Part shown: positions 58,112 to 64,000 of the stretch, in pieces | Position numbering within the stretch: position 1 is the first letter of the stretch | Layout of the letters: every line of letters starts with the position of its first letter | Assembly (NCBI GenBank): GCA_963727625.1 | Contig: CAVSHR010000004.1 | Coordinates: 608,001-672,000 of the forward strand | Length of the DNA: 64,000 nucleotides | Reading direction: 5' to 3' | DNA from: an uncultured delta proteobacterium | Lineage (GTDB): Bacteria; Desulfobacterota; Binatia; UBA9968 | Notes under the pieces: model-generated | Told to the model about the DNA's origin: nothing | What the model saw: the letters and a program-made list of their open reading frames with translations, nothing else | Database searches by the model: none | Position numbers and translations under genes: made by a program

Positions 58112-58133
58112 CGATAGTAAATCTTTACTCACC
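58112..58133. promoter_or_regulatory. Probable TetR operator (site 1)
   Basis: AGTAAA-tc-TTTACT dyad. Shares tagt.a...tttact.acc with the site at 58846. Confidence 0.6.
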
Positions 58134-58151
58134 TAGTTTTTAAAGTGAACC

Positions 58152-58841
58152 TCAGCTGCCCAAAAGTCGCAAAGCCTTCGGGCTGTAATATCGCCGTACC
58201 GCCTCTTCCTTGAGGCCGATGCCCAGCAGACCGAACCAGGTCGCCTGGCCCACCAGCTCTTCTCTGGACACCTTGTAATTGACCGCCGGAGTCTTTGGCT
58301 GCAAGTGCAGCATCAACGAAAACGCCACGTGCTGCACCAGCCAGACGCAAAGATCACGGCGGATTGGCACATCGTGCATTTCCCCGGCCTTGGCCGCCGC
58401 GTGCAAGCAAGCCTCGAACTTTTTCAACCATGCCGCCGCCAGCTTCTTGTGCATCAACCGGACGAACTCCCCGTCGCCGAGCAGACTGCGCACCAACAAC
58501 GCATTCATCGCCGCCCGGTGGCGATCGCCGGCACGACCTAGCACGTAGTGCGAGATCATGAAGTGAACCATGACCACCAGCGTCGAGGTGGACGCCTCGA
58601 GCTCTAAGATCCGGCTCGCTTCGGCGAAAGTCGGCCCCTTTGAGCAACCATCGAGCATCGCCGCGTAAAGCGACTCCTTGCTCGGGAAATGCTTGTACAG
58701 CAGCGCTTCGGAAACCCCGGCGGCTTTGGCCAATTCCCGCGTCGTCGTGCCGTCAAAGCCCTTCTCGGCAAAAACGTCTTGGACGGCCTCGACGATCGCT
58801 TCCTTTCGAGCCTCGGCGGACAAGCGCGGTGAGTGCGACAT
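58152..58841 (-). CDS. TetR/AcrR family regulator
   Basis: HTH FAEKGFDGTTTRELAKAAGVSEALLYKHFPSKESLY. Confidence 0.94.
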   Translation of the reverse strand: MSHSPRLSAEARKEAIVEAVQDVFAEKGFDGTTTRELAKAAGVSEALLYKHFPSKESLYAAMLDGCSKGPTFAEASRILELEASTSTLVVMVHFMISHYVLGRAGDRHRAAMNALLVRSLLGDGEFVRLMHKKLAAAWLKKFEACLHAAAKAGEMHDVPIRRDLCVWLVQHVAFSLMLHLQPKTPAVNYKVSREELVGQATWFGLLGIGLKEEAVRRYYSPKALRLLGS

Positions 58842-58845
58842 TAAG

Positions 58846-58878
58846 GGTTAGTTAGCATTTACTTACCAGCGTTGTCAA
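58846..58878 (-). promoter_or_regulatory. Probable TetR operator (site 2) with adjacent TTGACA
   Basis: Imperfect dyad GGTtAGTtAgcaTTTACTTACC 4 nt from the ATG. TTGACA on the minus strand at 58873-58878. Confidence 0.6.
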
Positions 58879-59165
58879 GGAAAATCTTCGGCGCCCCTTT
58901 TAGACTGCGACACGGCAACCTCAAGCAGCTGAGTTAAGGAAAATTCTGTGCAAGGCCACGGCGAGCGAGAGGCGCGTCAAATCAGACACCTATTGCACCT
59001 CGTTAAAGAACGGTCAGGGGCCGTTCACTCCGCACCGGAATGGTTCCATAACGCCTAGCGCTCACACCCCAGACACCGCTGACTTTGCGCCGCCAAGGCA
59101 GAGTTAGACTAAATTCGGAATTGTTTTCTTACTCCGAACTCCAAACGACATTCGGGTGCTCGAAA

Positions 59166-61712
59166 TCAGCCGCGCAACAAATTGTTCCAACGCTCGCGGC
59201 AGAGCACCGCCACTCGGAGTCTTTCGAGATGCTGCTCCATCTGCTTAGTTCCCTGCTTGACCGGGTGGGTTGCAAAAAATTGCCGCACTTCGGTCTCGAG
59301 TTCGCGACTTACCAGCCCGACGATTCCTTCGCACATGCGCGGGATCGAGTTATCCGGGTATTGCCGCAGCAGATCCTCCCAGTGCACGTTCATAAACGAC
59401 CAGGCGCGTTGCCGGGCGTGCTTGTTGAGCAGGATGCCGCGCATCAAATAGGGCGAATTTTGCGTGCGCACCTCGCCATTGATCGTCATCTCGAGAGTCC
59501 GGTCGATCAGCTCGAGCGCGCGAAAGCCGGCTAAAGCAAATAGATAACGGGTTTCTTCCTGCGGCGTCTGGGCCATTTTGAACCGATGGTAAAACTTTTC
59601 GTAATCCGTCGACGCGCCGGTATGCGCAACGATGGCCACCAGCGCTGGAACCAGGTTGGAGTCCATGCTCTCGGGCGCCTTTTCATATCGAGCAAAGAGC
59701 TCGCCGGCACGCTGCTGGCAAGCGCGGTCGCCGGCGATGGTGCCGAGCGCGCCGATCAGGTCGCCGCGCAGCTGGCTCTCCAACGGGCTCTCGCCCGTTT
59801 TGACCGACCAGCCGAAGCGCTCCACCGCCGGTGCCAGAAGCCGGCGCAGGCGTTCTTCCAATCGGGCGCACTGAGCGTCCTCGAGGATTCGGTCGAGATG
59901 ATGGCAGGAACCGATCACGGCGGTCCACACGTTGACGTCGTTATCGTCGCGGACCAGCTCGATCAAGTCGAGATAATCCGTGAGCGAGGTCAGCCCCGCC
60001 ATGGTCGCCGCCCATGTGTCGTTGACGACGCTGAAGCGCTCCACCGCGCTAAGCCGCTCGCGCCAGCGCGCTTTAAGCGCGTCGAGCATCTCGCCGCTGT
60101 AACGCACCCGGTAAAAGCCGTGGCCGCCGGAGTTGACGATGACCCAGTCGGGGTTTTCCGGCAGCTCGATGCTCTGCTCGGGCTCGGTCAATAGGAAGGT
60201 TTGCTGCACGACGCCGGATCGGGTGCCGGCACGCAGAAAAATTGGCACATGCCATGCGCGTTCCTGATCGGTGCCGTCTTGCAGATAGCGAAACATGCGC
60301 TGCGAGAAGCGCACTTCGCGCGCGGATTTTTCCACGCTGATCAGCGGATAGCCCGCCTGGAAAATCCAGCTGTCCATGACCGCCCGCACCGGCTGTTTGG
60401 CGGAATCTTCGAGCGCGTCCCAGAGATCGGTGGTCTCGGCGTTGGCGTATTTATGACGTTGCAGGTAGAGACGGATGCCGTCGCGAAAGGTTTCGGCGCC
60501 TAAGTACTGCTCGAGCATGCGCAGCACGGATGCGCCTTTTTCATAGGTGAGGACATCGAACATACCGGCGGCTTCTTCCGGTTTTTCCACCGGGAACTCG
60601 ATGGGTCGTGTGCTCTTGAGCCCGTCCACTTGCATCGCCGCAGCGCGCGACACCGTGAAACTGTCCCAGCGGCGCCATTCGGGTTTCCAGGCGTCAACCG
60701 CGAGCATCTCCATGAATGTCGCAAACGCCTCGTTTAACCACAGACCGTTCCACCACGTCATCGTCACCAGGTCGCCGAACCACATATGGGCGTTTTCGTG
60801 CGCGACCACGTCGGCCACCCGTTCAAGCTCGGCGCGCGTGGCACGCTCGCTGTCGACTAAAAGTGCGGTTTCACGAAAAGTTATGGCGCCGAGATTTTCC
60901 ATGGCGCCCGACGCGAAATCGGGGATTGCAATCAAATCCAACTTGTCGCCCGGATAGGGAATGCCGTAGTAGCGACCGAAGTGTTGCAAAGAAGCTTTAC
61001 CGATTTCGAGGGCGAACTGCGCTAGATGCTGCTTACCCGGCACGGCCCAGACGCGCAGCGGCGTGTCCTCCACCAGCACCGGCTCGGTGGCTTCGAATTC
61101 GCCGACGATAAAAGCGACCAGATAAGTCGACATCTTCATCGAGTCGGCGAAGACAACTTCCTTCTTACCGGTCTCAGGCAAGACGGCCTCGCGCATGGTG
61201 CGCGCGTTGGATATCGCCGTAAGCCCCTCGTCCACCACCAGCGTGACTTGATAGACCGCCTTGAACGCTGGCTCGTCCCAGCAGGGAAACGCCCGACGGG
61301 CGTCGGTGGACTCGAATTGCGTCGATGCCAGAGTCTTGTCCGTTCCCTCAGCGTCCTTGTAGGTGCTGCGGTAAAAACCGTGCAGCTTGTCGTTGAGAAT
61401 CCCGGCGAACTGGATCTGCAGCTCGCACCGCCCCGGCGCCACGATCTCGGCGAAACTCAGCGTCGCCTGCTCGTTTTCCACGTCGAGCCGCACGATCCCA
61501 ACCGACGCCTTGCCGTCGCTCCGGCGCAATGAAATTCCATGGATGTCCAGCTCGGCGGCGTTGAGAACGATCTCGCGCACAGGCTGGTGGACGGTGAGGG
61601 AAACTTTTTCCTCGCCGGTGAAGGTCCAATTCACTAAATCCGGCGTCAGGGTTAGCTCGTAGCGCTCCGGCGTGACCGTCGTCGGCAAGCGGTAGGGTTG
61701 CTCTTTTGACAT
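59166..61712 (-). CDS. pepN: M1 family aminopeptidase with ERAP1-like C-terminal domain
   Basis: TQFESTDARRAFPCWDEP, GAMEN, HENAHMW-x-LNEAFA and YEKG. Confidence 0.95.
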   Translation of the reverse strand: MSKEQPYRLPTTVTPERYELTLTPDLVNWTFTGEEKVSLTVHQPVREIVLNAAELDIHGISLRRSDGKASVGIVRLDVENEQATLSFAEIVAPGRCELQIQFAGILNDKLHGFYRSTYKDAEGTDKTLASTQFESTDARRAFPCWDEPAFKAVYQVTLVVDEGLTAISNARTMREAVLPETGKKEVVFADSMKMSTYLVAFIVGEFEATEPVLVEDTPLRVWAVPGKQHLAQFALEIGKASLQHFGRYYGIPYPGDKLDLIAIPDFASGAMENLGAITFRETALLVDSERATRAELERVADVVAHENAHMWFGDLVTMTWWNGLWLNEAFATFMEMLAVDAWKPEWRRWDSFTVSRAAAMQVDGLKSTRPIEFPVEKPEEAAGMFDVLTYEKGASVLRMLEQYLGAETFRDGIRLYLQRHKYANAETTDLWDALEDSAKQPVRAVMDSWIFQAGYPLISVEKSAREVRFSQRMFRYLQDGTDQERAWHVPIFLRAGTRSGVVQQTFLLTEPEQSIELPENPDWVIVNSGGHGFYRVRYSGEMLDALKARWRERLSAVERFSVVNDTWAATMAGLTSLTDYLDLIELVRDDNDVNVWTAVIGSCHHLDRILEDAQCARLEERLRRLLAPAVERFGWSVKTGESPLESQLRGDLIGALGTIAGDRACQQRAGELFARYEKAPESMDSNLVPALVAIVAHTGASTDYEKFYHRFKMAQTPQEETRYLFALAGFRALELIDRTLEMTINGEVRTQNSPYLMRGILLNKHARQRAWSFMNVHWEDLLRQYPDNSIPRMCEGIVGLVSRELETEVRQFFATHPVKQGTKQMEQHLERLRVAVLCRERWNNLLRG

Positions 61713-61998
61713 AGCGGCTCCTCGCTTTAGATTCTTACCTATTCAATGGTCGACAGAACGACTGCAGGAAATTTTATCGTGCCAAGACGCCAAGAGGGCC
61801 GCTGATTTATTTTCCGACCTTGGCGCCCTTTTGCGCCTTTGCCCGAAACACGGTTTTTTTCCGATCTGGTATTCATTCCGAAATTTGAAAATAGGTTGGG
61901 TTAAATTGAATCAACTCGAACTCGGTCGGTTTGCGCCATGCCTGCGTCTCTTCCAGCGCGCACAATCATCCTGCCACGCAACAACCTGCACTTCGCGT

Positions 61999-64000
61999 TT
62001 ATGCCTCGGCGCGAAGGGCTTCGAGCGGCGAGCGGCGGAAAATACCCCAGCAGCCGAGCGCCCCGGCCAGCACCGTGGCGATTATAACCAAAATTAAACC
62101 TGCCAGCACCGGAAATAACGAGATAGTTACCGGCGCGCGGAAAAAATAAAAGCCCAACCCCCAGGTCGCGGCCATGCCGAGAGTCGTGCCCGCGGCACCA
62201 GCCGTGCCGCCCAAGAGCAAATATTCCGCGCCGATCACGCCGAGAATCTGGCGTCGCGACGCGCCCAGGGTTCGCAGCAAAATACTTTCTTTGAGACGCT
62301 GCGAGCGGCTGCTCAGCACCGCGCTGGCGAGCACGGCGAGTCCGGTAACAATCGTAAACAAAGCCATGAAACGCATGGCGGCCGAGACTTTGGACAGAAT
62401 TGAGTCGATGGTGTTGAGAATCAAGCTCAGGTCGATCACCGAGACGTTCGCAAAGCGCTCGACCACCGAGCGCTGCAAGTTGGCCGCCGCCTGCCTGCTT
62501 TCGGCGCGCGCCGCCACCGCGTAAAACTGCGGCGCGCTTTCGAGCACCCCTTCCGGAAACACCACAAAAAAGTTCGGCTGTAACCGCTGCCAATCAACCC
62601 GGCGCAAGCTCGCAACCTGGGTCAAAAGCGGTACGCCTTGAATTTCGAATTGCAGTTGGTCGCCCAAGCCGACGTGCAAAGCCTCGGCGATGCCCTTTTC
62701 CACCGAGACCGGGATCGGCTCGATTTCTGCTGCGACTTTTCCTTGCCAGCTTCCGGCAACGATCTGCTCGGTGGAGGTCAGATGGTCGCGATAGGTCGAA
62801 CGGTATTCGCGGCGCAACACCCAAGTGGGGATTTGCGCTTTTGCGTCGGCGCGCAATTCCTCGACACTGCGCCCCTTCACCTGGGCCAAGCGCATGGTCA
62901 CGATCGGCACCTCGCTGCCCATCGACATGCCCTGCGCCTTGAAGAGCTCGGCCAAGCTTCGGCGCTGATCGCGCTGCACGTCGAAAAGTACCAGGTTGGG
63001 CTCGCCGGCGCCGGCGCGTCCGGCCACTTGCGCTATCAACATGCGCTGCACGCTGTAGAGCGTCACGAGAAAAAAAGTCCCGAGGCCGATCGCCAGCATC
63101 ACCGCCGTGGTCTGATTGTTGGGACGATGCAGATTGGCCAACCCCTGGCGCCAGGCAAACGAGAGAAACGCCGGGGCAAACCGGCGCATCGACGCGGAAG
63201 CCGCGTGCGCGAGCAAGGCCAGCACGCCGAACACCGCCACTACCGCCGCGGCAAACCACGATCCTCGTGGCAAACTGCCGGTCGTCCAAGCGGCGAAGGT
63301 CCAGATACCGGCGCCGATCAAGCCGAAGAGAATCCACACGAGCCGGTCCGGCGATGCGCGCTCGGCATCGAAGGCCGCGCGCAGCGCGAGCAAGGGCGAG
63401 ATTCGCCGCAGCGGCAACAATGGAATCAATGCGAAGGATAACGCCGCGCCCAAACCGACCGCCAGGCCCGCGCCGATACCGGCAGGGGCCACAGCGATCA
63501 CGGTGGTCACCGGGAGAAAATCCTTGAGCGCGCGCGGCAGAAAGTACTGCACCGCCACCCCCAGCCCGGCGCCGAGCAACGAGCTCAAGAGGGCCAGCAA
63601 GAAAATCTGAATCATGAAGACGCAGAGGGTTTCGCGCGGCCTGGCGCCGATGCAGCGCAGCAAGGCGACTGAGCGCGCCTTGGCACTGGCAAATACATGG
63701 ACTACGCTGGCGACGCCGACGCCGGCCAGCAACACGGCGATAAACACCGTCAATGTCAAATAACGCGCGAGATTCTCCGTCGACGCCGCAATCGATGCTG
63801 CGCGCCGGCTCACGGTGTCGGCCCGCAACCGCAAACGTTGCAGTTGCGGGGTTAACTTGTCGACCAAGGCGTCAACGGCGGTCTGTGGTGGAAACTTGAA
63901 ATAGACCCGGTAGCGTACCAGGCTGCCTTTCTGCAAAAGTGCGGTGCGCCCCAAATATTCCATAGGAATGTAGACCCGCGGGCTGATCAGCGAAAAAGCC
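61999..64000 (-). CDS. FtsX-like ABC permease (YbbP-like), 5' partial
   Basis: Two FtsX-type TM blocks (LLRCIGA, LLRTLGASRRQI), PNLVLFDVQ and RRVDWQRLQPNFFVVF. The frame runs off the window. Confidence 0.88.
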   Translation of the reverse strand, partial: AFSLISPRVYIPMEYLGRTALLQKGSLVRYRVYFKFPPQTAVDALVDKLTPQLQRLRLRADTVSRRAASIAASTENLARYLTLTVFIAVLLAGVGVASVVHVFASAKARSVALLRCIGARPRETLCVFMIQIFLLALLSSLLGAGLGVAVQYFLPRALKDFLPVTTVIAVAPAGIGAGLAVGLGAALSFALIPLLPLRRISPLLALRAAFDAERASPDRLVWILFGLIGAGIWTFAAWTTGSLPRGSWFAAAVVAVFGVLALLAHAASASMRRFAPAFLSFAWRQGLANLHRPNNQTTAVMLAIGLGTFFLVTLYSVQRMLIAQVAGRAGAGEPNLVLFDVQRDQRRSLAELFKAQGMSMGSEVPIVTMRLAQVKGRSVEELRADAKAQIPTWVLRREYRSTYRDHLTSTEQIVAGSWQGKVAAEIEPIPVSVEKGIAEALHVGLGDQLQFEIQGVPLLTQVASLRRVDWQRLQPNFFVVFPEGVLESAPQFYAVAARAESRQAAANLQRSVVERFANVSVIDLSLILNTIDSILSKVSAAMRFMALFTIVTGLAVLASAVLSSRSQRLKESILLRTLGASRRQILGVIGAEYLLLGGTAGAAGTTLGMAATWGLGFYFFRAPVTISLFPVLAGLILVIIATVLAGALGCWGIFRRSPLEALRAEA

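Overview
A gene-dense, GC-rich bacterial chromosome segment with about 55 genes or gene remnants. The gene mix (orphan NitT/TauT-type binding proteins, several Amidohydro_2 enzymes, VOC proteins, MFS exporters, a Rieske oxygenase) resembles Ca. Binatia (Binatota); this assignment is an inference. No rRNA, tRNA, CRISPR array, transposase or integrase was recognised. Main blocks: (1) housekeeping and orphan catabolic enzymes (1-13.3 kb); (2) an ECF sigma/anti-sigma pair with an autoregulatory promoter, and a matching promoter on a nearby secreted protein (14.0-17.2 kb); (3) a redox cluster with a Fur/PerR regulator, a GlpC-like Fe-S protein, a sigma54-driven CADD-like diiron protein and glutathione reductase (17.3-21.7 kb); (4) an aromatic/organic-acid catabolic region with a cysteine-free racemase-fold protein (24.2-35.9 kb); (5) two tandem exported SAM methyltransferases (36.1-37.9 kb); (6) a more AT-rich, indel-riddled island with a sigma54-driven PhnD-like protein plus HAMP-GAF histidine kinase, and a glycerate kinase apparently followed by or fused to a His-less HisKA (38.7-44.4 kb); (7) a 13-kb RND plus ABC efflux cluster with one outer-membrane factor, two TetRs with visible operators and an unexplained small gene; (8) pepN and a partial FtsX-type permease. 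The best candidates for undescribed biology are the signalling island, the exported methyltransferase pair, the Cys-free racemase-fold enzyme, the diiron protein and the intergenic TTGAAC micro-arrays. All calls come from reading motifs by eye; no database search was run.
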